This document shows positions 47,026 to 58,211 of a stretch of 64,000 nt of DNA, piece after piece; positions within the stretch are counted from its first letter, which is position 1; every line of letters begins with the position of its first letter. The notes beneath the pieces were generated by a model. It did not search any database. It saw nothing but the letters and a program-made list of their open reading frames with translations, and was not told the origin of the DNA. A program made the position numbers and the translations under genes. This stretch comes from an uncultured Flavihumibacter sp. (GTDB taxonomy: Bacteria > Bacteroidota > Bacteroidia > Chitinophagales > Chitinophagaceae): positions 987 to 64,986 of the forward strand of contig CABHOY010000052.1 in the NCBI GenBank assembly GCA_902168105.1, written 5' to 3'.

Positions 47026-48048
47026 ATGTACAATCTTATCAAAAAACTACTCTTCCGCTTTCCGCCGGAAAGCATTCACTACCAGGTCATGAAAGGCCTG
47101 CAGGTGATGCATGGTGTTCCACTTGGGAAAAATATCCTTCGTTCCTTCTGTCTGCCGAAACGCAAAGGCCTCGAAAGACAACTATGGGGACTAACTTTTA
47201 AGAATCCCGTAGGCCTGGCAGCCGGCTTCGATAAAGATGCCCGGTTCACCGACGAGCTGGCCTGTCTTGGGTTCGGATTCGTGGAGATCGGGACCGTCAC
47301 GCCGGTAGCACAACCCGGTAATGATCAACCCCGCCTGTTCCGCCTTCCTGCCGATCAGGCCCTCATCAACCGTATGGGCTTCAATAACGGGGGCGCCATC
47401 GCCGCAGCTAAACGTTTGCAGAAAAGGAAGTCGGATATCATTATCGGGGGAAATATCGGTAAGAACAAGATCACGCCGAATGAACAGGCTATCGGCGATT
47501 ATGAGAAATGTTTCCACGCACTGTTTGATGTAGTGGATTATTTCGTAGTGAACGTCAGCTCTCCCAATACACCTAATCTCCGGGCATTACAGGAAAAAGA
47601 GCCTTTAAAACAATTACTGCATCACTTGCAGATCCTGAATACGCAAAAGCCAAAACAGAAGCCTATTCTGCTGAAGATAGCACCGGACCTGACCACCAGT
47701 CAGCTCGATGATATTATTGAGATCGTACAGGAAACCAAACTGGCCGGCATAGTCGCTACTAACACGACGATAGACAGAGAGAACTTACAGACCCCCGAAG
47801 CAGAAGTATCTGCTATCGGCGCAGGTGGTTTAAGCGGTTTGCCGGTAAAAGAAAAGGCTACTGAAGTGATCCGGTATATTCATAAAAACACCAATGGCGC
47901 TGTGCCTATCATCGCTGTAGGAGGCATTTTCACAGCTGAAGATGCACAGGAAAAACTGGATGCAGGCGCATCGCTCGTGCAGGTGTATACAGGATTTGTC
48001 TACGAAGGACCAATGATCGTAAAAAAGATCTGTGACGGATTGAAGTAA
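47026..48048 (+). CDS. pyrD: Quinone-dependent dihydroorotate dehydrogenase (class 2)
   Basis: [41 protein letters not shown] and GGLSG motifs. Confidence 0.96.
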   Translation: MYNLIKKLLFRFPPESIHYQVMKGLQVMHGVPLGKNILRSFCLPKRKGLERQLWGLTFKNPVGLAAGFDKDARFTDELACLGFGFVEIGTVTPVAQPGNDQPRLFRLPADQALINRMGFNNGGAIAAAKRLQKRKSDIIIGGNIGKNKITPNEQAIGDYEKCFHALFDVVDYFVVNVSSPNTPNLRALQEKEPLKQLLHHLQILNTQKPKQKPILLKIAPDLTTSQLDDIIEIVQETKLAGIVATNTTIDRENLQTPEAEVSAIGAGGLSGLPVKEKATEVIRYIHKNTNGAVPIIAVGGIFTAEDAQEKLDAGASLVQVYTGFVYEGPMIVKKICDGLK

Positions 48049-48095
48049 TAGATTCACGGGATCGGATACCCTAAAATTTAGTTAATATATGATTG

Positions 48096-48128
48096 AAAGG
48101 TGTATTCTTACGGATACACCTTTTATTT
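48096..48128 (+). terminator. Terminator after pyrD
   Basis: aaaggtgtat/atacaccttt stem followed by T-rich run. Confidence 0.7.
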
Positions 48129-48146
48129 TCACCCCAAAAATAACCC

Positions 48147-49271
48147 ATGAGGACATTTGTTCTATTTACAACCCTGCTGTTGTTTTCGCTCGCTTCATTC
48201 TGCCAACAGCCATTTACATTGAAAATAAGTATGCCCGCAACATTCCCGCTCGATAGGCTATCCGTGTCCTACAGCGATGGCATTACATCAAAAGAGTTAA
48301 AGAAAGAAGACGTCAAACATGAGATAGTGATCACGGGAGTGCTGCATTCTTTATACGGATCTGTCAATCTTATTATGGAAGAAGACAGCGCGTCCAAATA
48401 TTCCTTCGATATGTTTTTCTTTGGCGCTGGTAATAGTACGATCGAAGTGCTTAGTGGAAATGTATTCGCGACTGCACGTCTAACAAATGTATTCAATGCA
48501 AAGGAAAATGGCAAGGGCCAAATGGAGGCATACTACGAGAAAGAACACAATATTGCAACAGCGTTTATACGTGAAAATGATTCCAAATTTGGTGAGAATG
48601 GGGCATTATTTCACGAGGCAATAGAAAAAGTAAATACGATGTATAGGAAACAGCTTTCATTCATTAATACCAACCCCTCGTTTTTTTATTCATTCAGGCT
48701 CTATCATCAATTATTCATGCCACTACAGCAATTCACACCTGTAGATAGTATGATGATGGCTTTCCAGCAATTCCCCGATAACTATAAAAATACAGAAGAG
48801 GGTCAATATTTGCTGGGAATGCTCCATAAACAAGATACTATAAAGAACAGGTTGATCGCAGCTGATTTCAATGTGTTGGATATCAAACAAAACGCTGTCA
48901 GCTTAAAACAGCTAAGAGGGAAGTATGTAATAGTAGATTTCTGGGCAACATGGTGTGGACCCTGTATGAAAGAAATGCCTACACTTGTCAAAATAGCAGG
49001 GCAATATCCCGAGGATAAACTGGTCGTTATATCAGTCTCGCAGGACAGCGATACACTTAAATATACAAAGGTACGTGAGGGCTTACCAGCAAACTGGAAA
49101 TATATTTATGGCGATAAATACATCAACAAGATCTACGGCGTAACCGCTATTCCTGTATTCTATCTGATAGACCCCGAAGGAAAGATCATTTTTAAGTGTA
49201 AAGGCGGAAATCCGGAAGAATATGCAGCAATGGCGAAAATATTAAAGGAACGACTGGGGAAAGACTCATGA
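48147..49271 (+). CDS. TlpA-family disulfide reductase
   Basis: Signal peptide; IVDFWATWCGPCMKEMP. Confidence 0.85.
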   Translation: MRTFVLFTTLLLFSLASFCQQPFTLKISMPATFPLDRLSVSYSDGITSKELKKEDVKHEIVITGVLHSLYGSVNLIMEEDSASKYSFDMFFFGAGNSTIEVLSGNVFATARLTNVFNAKENGKGQMEAYYEKEHNIATAFIRENDSKFGENGALFHEAIEKVNTMYRKQLSFINTNPSFFYSFRLYHQLFMPLQQFTPVDSMMMAFQQFPDNYKNTEEGQYLLGMLHKQDTIKNRLIAADFNVLDIKQNAVSLKQLRGKYVIVDFWATWCGPCMKEMPTLVKIAGQYPEDKLVVISVSQDSDTLKYTKVREGLPANWKYIYGDKYINKIYGVTAIPVFYLIDPEGKIIFKCKGGNPEEYAAMAKILKERLGKDS

Positions 49272-49296
49272 TGTGATTAACATCTGTAAGAAATAC

Positions 49297-49359
49297 AAAA
49301 CTCCTGCAGAGTCAAAAACGTTTCATTGAAGAACGTTTTTGCTTCGCAGGAGTTTTTTT
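49297..49359. terminator. Long bidirectional terminator between tlpA and GH127
   Basis: Outer stem aaaactcctgc/gcaggagtttt plus inner caaaaacgtt/aacgtttttg. Confidence 0.75.
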
Positions 49360-49368
49360 CGGGCGATA

Positions 49369-51369
49369 TTATTTAGCCAGGATATCTACATCTACTATCT
49401 TTTCGGGAAACCATACATTCATTTCTCCTTCTCCCCTATTGGCCCATGCATAATACGGTATCAATGTAACCTGCTTGGGCACTGTGCTTACCTGCTGCTG
49501 TTGTTCATTCACTTCAATACTCTTGCCCTGTCCCTTCAGCACCACCACACCATTGAGCAAGTCCTTTCTTTCTTCAGGTTTAAATACTTCAGGCAACAAC
49601 AGATTACTGGTGCGACCATCATTATCCTTCCATTCCGCGCAATACATTAACGGACCTCTCTGGATCGCAACTTTACCATTGTCATCTTTGATTTTCTGAT
49701 CAGCCAATACTTCATGTGTTTCCATTGGCAGCTGCACTTCCACCACATCTTTTTTATTCCATTTCCTTTTGATCACAGCATATCCCTGCTCCTGTTCATA
49801 AGTGACAGGTTGCCCGTTCACTTTGATCACGACATTAGCCGTATTACGGTCCTTGAACTGATACAGTCCTCCGGGAATAGCTTCCTGTCTTACCCAGCCT
49901 GGTATCCGGATCTTCAGTGTAAAATCGGTCGCTGAAGCTGGTTCAATATTGAAACGCAGATCACCCTCCCACGGATAGTTGTTGGATTGCGTGATCTTTA
50001 CCTTTTGTTTTTCGACCTGGAGCGATGCCGTACTGTTGATGAACAGATTGATATAAACATCCTTTTGTTTCTGTGCATAGACATAACCTGGCAATGAAGG
50101 CAGGAAACGTACCATGTTAGTTGGACAACAGGAACACTCAAACCATCCCGAGCGACCAGCTTCCATGCTATGATAATGTTCTCCCCTTCTGATCTGCATG
50201 GCGTTGGTATAAAAGAAAGACTTACCGTCCAGCCCTACACCCGATATCAAGCCGTTGTAAAGGATTTTCTCCAGCATGTCAACATACTTTGAATCGCCAT
50301 GTAACTGGAACATACGTTGATTCCAGAACGCATTGCCGATAGCGGCACATGTCTCATTGTAAGCAGTAGCATTAGGCAGTTCATAGTTTTCGCCAAAACG
50401 TTCACCTTCGGGAATAGCGCCGATACCACCTTGCACATAGATCTTCTTTGTAGCCATGTTGTCCCATATCCTGTCGATGGCATGCAAATATGCAGTATCT
50501 CCTTCCAGCGCTGCGATGTCGGCCATTGCCGCATATAGATACATAGCCCTCACAGCATGCCCTACTGCTTCGGATTGATCTACTACCGGCGCCTGGTCCT
50601 GCCAGTATTTACCATTTTCCCATTGATTCCTGCTCTTGGCATTATACTGGCGTTTGCCTCTTTCATCAATGAAGAACTTGGCCAGTTGCAGATACTCTTT
50701 CTTTCCTGTAATACGATACAAACGCACCAGCCCCATTTCTACTACTTCATGTCCGGGCGCGACACCACGTTTGCCAGGGCCAAAGGTCTGTACCAGCAGG
50801 TCTGCATTCTTCAGGGCGATGTCCAGAAAATTACGTTTGCCGGTCGCCAGATAATGTGCGCTGGCAGCTTCAAACATATGTCCGGAGTTATATAATTCAT
50901 GACTTAGCTCATGCTCTCTCACCCAGCGCTCTGGTCCCGACCAGTCGTGCGGATGTGCCGGATCGATTGTTCTGGCCGTGTACAGATACCCATCAGGTTC
51001 CTGTGCTTTCCCTACAATAGTGATCAGTGAATCTACATACGCATCCATCCGTTTATCGGGTGTAACAGCCATAGAATAAGAAGCCCCTTCGATAGTCTTA
51101 TAAATATCAGTATCATCGAACGGGAATTTTGTACAGAACTTCCCTTCTTTAGCCGCCGCCATTTCAAAGTTCTTCACACGACCTGTGCTTTCGCAACGTG
51201 CAAACGAAGCAGGAATGGTCACATTGTGATTAGTGCGTACACGGGGTAACCAGAAGCTGTCTGTCAGTTTCACAGCTGTGAAATCCACCGCCCTCACAGG
51301 ATAATCCGCCTGCTGTGCACAAAGCGGGATAACATACAACAATGCGAGTGATAATAATTGTCTTTTCAT
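49369..51369 (-). CDS. GH127 family beta-L-arabinofuranosidase-like hydrolase
   Basis: HELYNSGH, GHEVVE, GHAVRAMY, YNETCAAIG and WFECSCCPTN (Zn/Cys nucleophile) motifs; start at MKRQLL. Confidence 0.92.
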   Translation of the reverse strand: MKRQLLSLALLYVIPLCAQQADYPVRAVDFTAVKLTDSFWLPRVRTNHNVTIPASFARCESTGRVKNFEMAAAKEGKFCTKFPFDDTDIYKTIEGASYSMAVTPDKRMDAYVDSLITIVGKAQEPDGYLYTARTIDPAHPHDWSGPERWVREHELSHELYNSGHMFEAASAHYLATGKRNFLDIALKNADLLVQTFGPGKRGVAPGHEVVEMGLVRLYRITGKKEYLQLAKFFIDERGKRQYNAKSRNQWENGKYWQDQAPVVDQSEAVGHAVRAMYLYAAMADIAALEGDTAYLHAIDRIWDNMATKKIYVQGGIGAIPEGERFGENYELPNATAYNETCAAIGNAFWNQRMFQLHGDSKYVDMLEKILYNGLISGVGLDGKSFFYTNAMQIRRGEHYHSMEAGRSGWFECSCCPTNMVRFLPSLPGYVYAQKQKDVYINLFINSTASLQVEKQKVKITQSNNYPWEGDLRFNIEPASATDFTLKIRIPGWVRQEAIPGGLYQFKDRNTANVVIKVNGQPVTYEQEQGYAVIKRKWNKKDVVEVQLPMETHEVLADQKIKDDNGKVAIQRGPLMYCAEWKDNDGRTSNLLLPEVFKPEERKDLLNGVVVLKGQGKSIEVNEQQQQVSTVPKQVTLIPYYAWANRGEGEMNVWFPEKIVDVDILAK

Positions 51370-51370
51370 A

Positions 51371-52987
51371 TTAATAGCCATCGTTTTGTTTGAGTTTTCC
51401 GTTCTTATTTATTTCATTCCGTGGAATAGGAAAGAGTGTTCTGTAATCGCCATTAGCGACATGTGAGAACCATGATTTCTTTGTAAATACCTTAAAGCGG
51501 ATCAGGTCTTGCCTGCGACGGGCCTCCTGTGTAAATTCCCAGCCCAGTTCATCCAGGAAACGACCGTACTGGATATCAGCGCCACCTTCAATAGTCTGAT
51601 TCAAATGATTACGTAGCCCATAATTATATACACTTCCTTTTACCAGATCAGCGGCCGTAACGATCGCTTTCTCCGGATGATCTGTGAAATTGCGTTGTCT
51701 AACCTGCGTTACAATTGTTGCAGCATCAGCAGCCTGACCTTTTCTCAACAGGCTTTCCGCTTTCATCATGAGGACGTCCGCATAACGGAACAATGGCCAG
51801 TCATTACTCAACTGTACATTCGCTTTCTGTTTGATCTCAAACTTACCCAGGCGGAAGCCATGTATCTCTTCCGACAGATCAATACCAGGTACTTCATTGA
51901 CGAACGCCAGCGGCTTACCGGTGTACGCTCCCATTGTGCAATTCAGTTCTGCACCCGCAGCGCTGTATTGCTGTCCTTTTATCCAATTGTCCCGATATCG
52001 CGCGTCCTCTGTATCAAATGTATTGATGAACTGAGGGATGGCACATATTCCTCCCCATGGCGTCGACTTAAGATTGTACGTAGCCTGGCATGCCGGCTGC
52101 AACGTCTGCATGTGGATGTCGAATGCATTCCAGTTCGTTACATACGTCTCATCAAATGGTAACGCAAAAATGATCTCTTTGGAATTTTCATTGTCAGTTA
52201 CAAATACACTACGCTGTACAGGTTCCAGTATAAATCCTTTCCCCGAATTAATGACGGCATCGCACGCAGCAATACAATCATCCCATGCAGGCGTTCCGGA
52301 ATAAACTTCTGCATTCAGGTACATCTTTGCCAGTAAAGAATAAGCTGCCCATTGATTGAACTTACCATAAGTTGTTACGTCGTTCTTATCGCTCAGCAGT
52401 GCTATATTGTCTTTTATTTCTTTGATGATAAATTCATATACTTGTTTACGGGTACTCTGTTCCGGCAAGAAACCTTCCGGCACGTCAAATTGTGACACGA
52501 TGGGCACATTGCCATACACATCACACAGCACATAGTAATACGATGCACGCAGCACTTTCAATTCTGCCAGTGTTGCTTCTTTACCGCTGCTAACAGGAAT
52601 ACCGCCTGATTCCAACTGATAGATCACCCGGTTACAGTTAGTGATACCGGCATAAGTACGGTTCCAGGTATTGATGGTAACATCATCATCTGCCGTCCAT
52701 TTATGCTCATGCAAGCGGCGATAGATACCGCCGTCTACCCAACCGTTGGGACGCGCGGGGATCACCACTTCATCCGAAGTAGCTTCCTGTATACGGGAAT
52801 AACCATTCCAGTCATTCAGTACAAGACGCCAGTTCACATATGCAGAACCTACCAATGAAGCCAGATCTTCCGGTGAAGGATCAAATTGTCCGGCGATGAT
52901 CTCGTTATAACTTGTTTCCTTTAATTTGGTACAGGCACACACCAGTAACAGCGCCGCCAATAATATTTTCTTGCTCATTTGTTTCAT
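51371..52987 (-). CDS. susD: SusD/RagB family nutrient-binding lipoprotein
   Basis: VCAC lipobox; LKVLRASYYY, FRYADVLMMKAE and EFTQEARRRQDLIRF motifs. Confidence 0.92.
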   Translation of the reverse strand: MKQMSKKILLAALLLVCACTKLKETSYNEIIAGQFDPSPEDLASLVGSAYVNWRLVLNDWNGYSRIQEATSDEVVIPARPNGWVDGGIYRRLHEHKWTADDDVTINTWNRTYAGITNCNRVIYQLESGGIPVSSGKEATLAELKVLRASYYYVLCDVYGNVPIVSQFDVPEGFLPEQSTRKQVYEFIIKEIKDNIALLSDKNDVTTYGKFNQWAAYSLLAKMYLNAEVYSGTPAWDDCIAACDAVINSGKGFILEPVQRSVFVTDNENSKEIIFALPFDETYVTNWNAFDIHMQTLQPACQATYNLKSTPWGGICAIPQFINTFDTEDARYRDNWIKGQQYSAAGAELNCTMGAYTGKPLAFVNEVPGIDLSEEIHGFRLGKFEIKQKANVQLSNDWPLFRYADVLMMKAESLLRKGQAADAATIVTQVRQRNFTDHPEKAIVTAADLVKGSVYNYGLRNHLNQTIEGGADIQYGRFLDELGWEFTQEARRRQDLIRFKVFTKKSWFSHVANGDYRTLFPIPRNEINKNGKLKQNDGY

Positions 52988-53004
52988 AACAGTAGATTAA
53001 CGGA

Positions 53005-56000
53005 TCAGAAATTCATATTAACACCAACAGTAAATGTCCTTACAGAAGGATACTTATCACGCTCGTCATTACCAGGTGCAAGCCCCAGCCTGTTCACTTC
53101 AGGGTCAATCCCTTTATAACCGGTGATCACAAACGTGTTCAGCGTAGATACATATACACGGGCCGAATGCATGTACTTCAGTTTCAGATTGCGGAAGTTG
53201 TACCCGAGTGTGATATTATCTACCTTCCAGAAATCACCGTTCTCCACATAATAGCTGTTAAATTCCAGCGGCATATCCTTACTCAGTACGGCCTTGCCGA
53301 ATACCTTGTCATAAGCTGACTTAAAGCGATTGTACTGCTGCAGACCGGTATTCTCATAATACATGCGCTGATAATTCAGGATCTGGTAATCGAAAGCGCC
53401 ACGCATAGTGACATTCAGATCAAACTGTTTGTAACGGAAGGTATTGTTCCAGCCACCATAGTATTTTGGAAGCCCATTACCCAGTACACGTTTATCCTCG
53501 AAAGCATGCTGGTAGTCATCATACTGAACCGGTTTGCCATCACGGCCTTCATAGATCCATTTACCTTCTGCTGATATATCCACTACTTTAAAGCCATAGA
53601 AGTCGCCGATATTATCTCCAATGTTCACAATATGGGTGAACGTCTGAATAGGTTCACCAGTACTACCTGTGGTAAAGTAGTTGTTAGTCGTCTTGTAAAG
53701 ATTATTGGAAAGGTTAACCAGTTTATTGGTATTGGTTGAGAAATTCACACTGGTACTCCATTCAAAATCTTTCGTTTTTACAGGAACAAAATTTAACAAT
53801 ACTTCCAGACCTTTATTCTCCATCTTGCCTACGTTTGCACGAGTGGTCGGATACAGGTTCGGAGGACTAGGTACCTGGTAGTCGTACAACAGACCATTAA
53901 TACGACGGATATAGTAATCTACGCTACCGCTGATCCTTCCGCTATGTATAGAGAAGTCCAGCCCTGCATTCGTTTCATGTTTCTCTTCCCATCTCAGATC
54001 GGCATTGGGGTTCTGTGAAGGCCCCAGCGTCTGGATCCACACACCGTTTGAATACACATAATCGCCATAACTGAGAATAGCCACGCCGAGGAAAAGGTCT
54101 GTCGGCTGTGTACCGGTAACGCCATAACCGACACGTAATTTCAGATCGTCAAACAATGTCTGTCTTTTCATAAATGCCTCATTGCTGATACGCCACCCTG
54201 CGGAGATAGCCGGGAATGTGCCCCATGGTTTACGCGTGCCATACAACTGACTGGCTGCTTCATGCCGTAAGCTGGCTAACAATAAGTAACGGTCGTCAAA
54301 ACTATAAGTAGCCCTGCCAAAGAAACCAATGAGGTTTGTTTCCAGCTTCTCACTGAATTCCGGCGCCAATCCTTCTTTCAACGCCTGCCCTATACCAATG
54401 TTATTATAAGTGAAACGATCTGTGGGGAAGTCCCAGTTCTGCATCCAGTGACTGTTCAACTCACGTTCCTGGTAACTGTAACCGGCAAGCGCAGTGAATT
54501 TGTGTTTTCTGACACTGGCATTATACTGTGCGGTCAGCTCCATCAGCCTGTCGATGTTTTGCCTGGTACCTACAGAAGCATAGCCATTCCTGCTGTCCCT
54601 GAGGGTGGAAATATGGCGCTTTGTTTCTGAGTAACCTCTGTCTTCATTGTAACGTGTGTAGGAGAATAAAGCTGACAGTTTCAGGCCTTCAACAGGCAAC
54701 AATGTCAATGATCCGTTCAGACGTGTATTTTGAGAAGTGTTCCTTCCATCACTTTCATACAGTCTTGACAACGGGTTTTCATAGTTAAACAAACCGGTCT
54801 GCTCATACCAGTTACCCAGTGAATCCCGTACGGGAGACGTGGGGTTACGGATGATAGCCTGCCGGTATGTATAGCCATTAAAACTGATACCATCGCCGGT
54901 AGTCGTGTATTTATTATTAGCGCTCAGCATACCGATATTCACGCGCAGTTTATCATCCAGCATACTGTGATTGATATCGATACGGCCGGTGAATGTACGG
55001 TTATCCGATTTTTTCATGATCCCTTCCAGTGAGCGGTAGTTCGCATTCGCGAGATAATTTGTCTTTGTATTCCCACCCCTTAATGTCAGGTTGTGTACAT
55101 GTGTTAAAGGCGTCTGTGATATTTCCTTTAACCAGTCTGTATTACTGCCCTGGTCCCAGGAAGCGTCCCTGATACCGTCAGCGATCTGCTTCCGGTAATC
55201 GTCCGCAGTCAGCATTTCAGGTTTACGGGCGATAGTTTGTGTACTGACATACCCGCTATACTCCACTGAATTGTTAAACACACCACTGGCCCTGCGGGTA
55301 GTGATGATGATCACGCCATTGGTACCACGGGTACCATAGATAGCCGCAGCGGAACCATCTTTCAACACATCCACCGATTCAATGTCTTCCGGCGCTACCG
55401 TCTTCAGATCGCCGGGGATACCGTCTATCAGTACCAACGGATCAGCATTAGCGCCCAGGAGGGTCGTATTGCCACGCAGGAGGATCTGTGAAGTACTGGT
55501 AGGGTCGCCACTGGGTGTGCCGATAGAAAGCCCTGCCACCTTACCCTGTAATAACTGACCGGCGTCCAGCACGTTTCCTTTTACAAAGCTCTCGGACTTC
55601 ACGGTAGCAACGGCACTGGTCAGATCGCCCTTCCGCAGGCTGCCATAACCAATTACGACAACATCTGCCAGGGAGTTATCACTCAATGCCATCTGGATAT
55701 TCAGCTGACTGCGGCCTCTAACGGCCACTTCCTGCGTACGGTAACCGATATAACTGATGAGCAGTGTATCTGCATCGTTCTTTGCCTCCAGCGAAAAGAC
55801 GCCCTTATCATTTGTGATAGTGCCTGCTTTGGATGATTTCACCACAATACTGACGCCCGGCAATGGTAGCCCCTTTTCGTCGGTTATCATACCGGTGATG
55901 ACCTTCGCCATTCCCACCGGAACAGGCAGCCCCTCGGCAACGGCCTGCATAGCCGCAGACATAGGCATTCTTTTGATGATGATGTATTGGCCCTCCTGTA

Positions 56001-56361
56001 CATAGAAAAGATCGTGAGGCAGCAGCAAAACGTCCAGGACATCCTTTAGAGAGCGTTCCTTGTTCTCAAGTGCAGGTACGGAAGTAGTGCCAGCCAAAGC
56101 ACCATCTACAATGAAGAAGAAAGGCGCCTGTGTTTCTATGCGCTTCAATACCTTGTCAAGCTTACCTTCCCTGATATTGAGCTGTAGCATGACGGTACTC
56201 AGGTCCTGCCCGCTGCTATTGCGGGCTACGAGTAACAGCGTCGTTGTGCACAGCACCATTATTATCATGATCACTGTTCGCATTATTTTAAACAAAAGGT
56301 CTGGTAAATAATGGAGCGGAATGCCCATGGGCATACCTGTCAAAATACCGTAGTATTTCAT
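53005..56361 (-). CDS. susC: SusC/RagA TonB-dependent transporter with N-terminal signalling extension
   Basis: IESVDVLKDGSAAAIYGTRGTNGVIIITT plug, NADLRWEE and YPSVRTFTVGVNMNF; start codon uncertain. Confidence 0.93.
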   Translation of the reverse strand: MKYYGILTGMPMGIPLHYLPDLLFKIMRTVIMIIMVLCTTTLLLVARNSSGQDLSTVMLQLNIREGKLDKVLKRIETQAPFFFIVDGALAGTTSVPALENKERSLKDVLDVLLLPHDLFYVQEGQYIIIKRMPMSAAMQAVAEGLPVPVGMAKVITGMITDEKGLPLPGVSIVVKSSKAGTITNDKGVFSLEAKNDADTLLISYIGYRTQEVAVRGRSQLNIQMALSDNSLADVVVIGYGSLRKGDLTSAVATVKSESFVKGNVLDAGQLLQGKVAGLSIGTPSGDPTSTSQILLRGNTTLLGANADPLVLIDGIPGDLKTVAPEDIESVDVLKDGSAAAIYGTRGTNGVIIITTRRASGVFNNSVEYSGYVSTQTIARKPEMLTADDYRKQIADGIRDASWDQGSNTDWLKEISQTPLTHVHNLTLRGGNTKTNYLANANYRSLEGIMKKSDNRTFTGRIDINHSMLDDKLRVNIGMLSANNKYTTTGDGISFNGYTYRQAIIRNPTSPVRDSLGNWYEQTGLFNYENPLSRLYESDGRNTSQNTRLNGSLTLLPVEGLKLSALFSYTRYNEDRGYSETKRHISTLRDSRNGYASVGTRQNIDRLMELTAQYNASVRKHKFTALAGYSYQERELNSHWMQNWDFPTDRFTYNNIGIGQALKEGLAPEFSEKLETNLIGFFGRATYSFDDRYLLLASLRHEAASQLYGTRKPWGTFPAISAGWRISNEAFMKRQTLFDDLKLRVGYGVTGTQPTDLFLGVAILSYGDYVYSNGVWIQTLGPSQNPNADLRWEEKHETNAGLDFSIHSGRISGSVDYYIRRINGLLYDYQVPSPPNLYPTTRANVGKMENKGLEVLLNFVPVKTKDFEWSTSVNFSTNTNKLVNLSNNLYKTTNNYFTTGSTGEPIQTFTHIVNIGDNIGDFYGFKVVDISAEGKWIYEGRDGKPVQYDDYQHAFEDKRVLGNGLPKYYGGWNNTFRYKQFDLNVTMRGAFDYQILNYQRMYYENTGLQQYNRFKSAYDKVFGKAVLSKDMPLEFNSYYVENGDFWKVDNITLGYNFRNLKLKYMHSARVYVSTLNTFVITGYKGIDPEVNRLGLAPGNDERDKYPSVRTFTVGVNMNF

Positions 56362-56552
56362 ATCTTTAATTGCATTTTGTATGATGTAATAGAATACAAA
56401 GCCGTAGCGCTTGTTTGCATATATGGTTTGCAGACTCTGATGCAGACAGCGCTATGTTTTTCCCCTTTCTTGTATGGAAAAGATCTTATGTAGTATTACC
56501 TGGGAATCTGATTGTTTGTTTCATAACGGGATTGCTTGTTTTTCGTGAAATA

Positions 56553-57425
56553 TTATTGGCTACACCCTTTTCCGCTTATATAGACTTCTTTTCTATCCTG
56601 ACTGATGCGGAACGTGGAATTATTGATCTTACATAGTAGCTCCAGTACCCTTTCCATAGACGTGTGCTCGTCAAAGCTGGCAATGAATGTACATTTCTTC
56701 AAGGCTTCGTTTTCAAAGCGGAAAGCCACGTCATACTTTCTGCTCAACATGTTGGCAATGGCATCAAATGATTCGTTGTTCACTTCAAATCCGCCATTGA
56801 TCCAGGCGTGATAAGCTGTTGCGTTTACTGTTCTCTCTATCGCACTGTCGGTTGTTTGTTCCAGTGTGATCTGTTCGTTGGTTGTTAATACTGATATACG
56901 TTTCTGTTCGTCCTCTACCTTGATCTTCCCTGAAGCAACCGTAATAGCCGTAGGTTCACCTTCATACGCTTTAATATTGAACCTGGTGCCCAGCACTGTT
57001 GTTGTACTGCCCCCGGCCTTTATGACAAAAGGTTTAGCGGCTTTTTTCACATCGAAGAATGCTTCGCCGCTTAACGTAACTTCCCTATGCTGCAGATCTT
57101 CATTATACAACAGTTTACTGTCTGCATTCAACCAAACAATTGAACTGTCGGGCAGCACGATCCTGTTCTGCTGCTCTTTAGGTACGTATATGACCAGTTT
57201 CTTTTCAACCTTCTTCGGATATAAGGCCCAGATCCCGGCAGCTATCATAATGGCGGCGGCCATCCACCATACGGTGGACAAATACCGCTTTCGGGAGTGC
57301 TCTTCATTCCTGACCATATCCATTTCTTCCTTTCCGTACCATTGCATCAGGATATCGATCTCCTCTTCTGTAGCGGTGCCTGCCAGCCATTTGCGGGCAA
57401 GATCATGGATGTAATCGTCAGGCAT
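56553..57425 (-). CDS. fecR: FecR-family anti-sigma factor
   Basis: LPDSSIVWLNADSKL, REVTLSGEAFFDV and TVLGTRFNI motifs. Confidence 0.9.
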   Translation of the reverse strand: MPDDYIHDLARKWLAGTATEEEIDILMQWYGKEEMDMVRNEEHSRKRYLSTVWWMAAAIMIAAGIWALYPKKVEKKLVIYVPKEQQNRIVLPDSSIVWLNADSKLLYNEDLQHREVTLSGEAFFDVKKAAKPFVIKAGGSTTTVLGTRFNIKAYEGEPTAITVASGKIKVEDEQKRISVLTTNEQITLEQTTDSAIERTVNATAYHAWINGGFEVNNESFDAIANMLSRKYDVAFRFENEALKKCTFIASFDEHTSMERVLELLCKINNSTFRISQDRKEVYISGKGCSQ

Positions 57426-57492
57426 ATTTCCGTGTTATACTAATTAAGAGTGTATAACTGACAATTTACCCTTGCTCAGTGATACGTTTTTT

Positions 57493-58068
57493 TTAGAAAA
57501 GGGAAGTGTGTAATGCGCTTAGTTTAAGGCGTAGTATTTTCAGGGCTTTCGTGAGGTGGCCTTCGGCAGTTTTGGTAGATATATTAAACGTTTCTGCAGC
57601 CTGCGGAATAGAATAATCGAGTAACTTATTATAATAGAATACCTGCCGGCTTTTTTCGGGAAGTTCGTTGGCGATGGTCTCTATTAATTGTAACAAGAGC
57701 CTGTCATTTACGAGCGACTCAATATCTGCGTACTCAGAAGTAATATCAGATAATGCTTTCATCCTGGAGGCGATGGTCTGTTTACTGGCCAGGTAATGAA
57801 ATACGGCGTAGCGTGTAATAGCGAACAGGTAAGGTTTCAGGGCGGAGATCTCTATGGAATGTCTTTTCTCCCATAAAATAATAAAGGTATCCTGTACGAT
57901 CTCTTCAGCAATTTCCCTGACCTGCAGGCGCTTCATGGTAACGTGAAATAGCAGGTCCCAATACCGTCTGTACGCTTCATTAAAAGCGTCTACGGAGTCT
58001 GTCTTGATCATGTACCACAGATCGTTATCCGTACAAGTGGAATCGGGACGAATGTGTGCGTTTTTCAC
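57493..58068 (-). CDS. ECF RNA polymerase sigma-70 factor
   Basis: AEEIVQDTFIILWEKR and LPEKSRQVF...ISTKTAEGHLTKAL; GTG start. Confidence 0.9.
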   Translation of the reverse strand: MKNAHIRPDSTCTDNDLWYMIKTDSVDAFNEAYRRYWDLLFHVTMKRLQVREIAEEIVQDTFIILWEKRHSIEISALKPYLFAITRYAVFHYLASKQTIASRMKALSDITSEYADIESLVNDRLLLQLIETIANELPEKSRQVFYYNKLLDYSIPQAAETFNISTKTAEGHLTKALKILRLKLSALHTSLF

Positions 58069-58211
58069 GTGAAAAGTATAAAGACTATAACATGTGTTCT
58101 ACATACCCTTATAAGTGTGTAATCTACAATTAAATCTTTACTTTTCCAATATGGGATTAGTTGTGAGAAAAAAGTTCGTTGTTATATTTTTCCATTATAT
58201 GTTGTGCGGGA

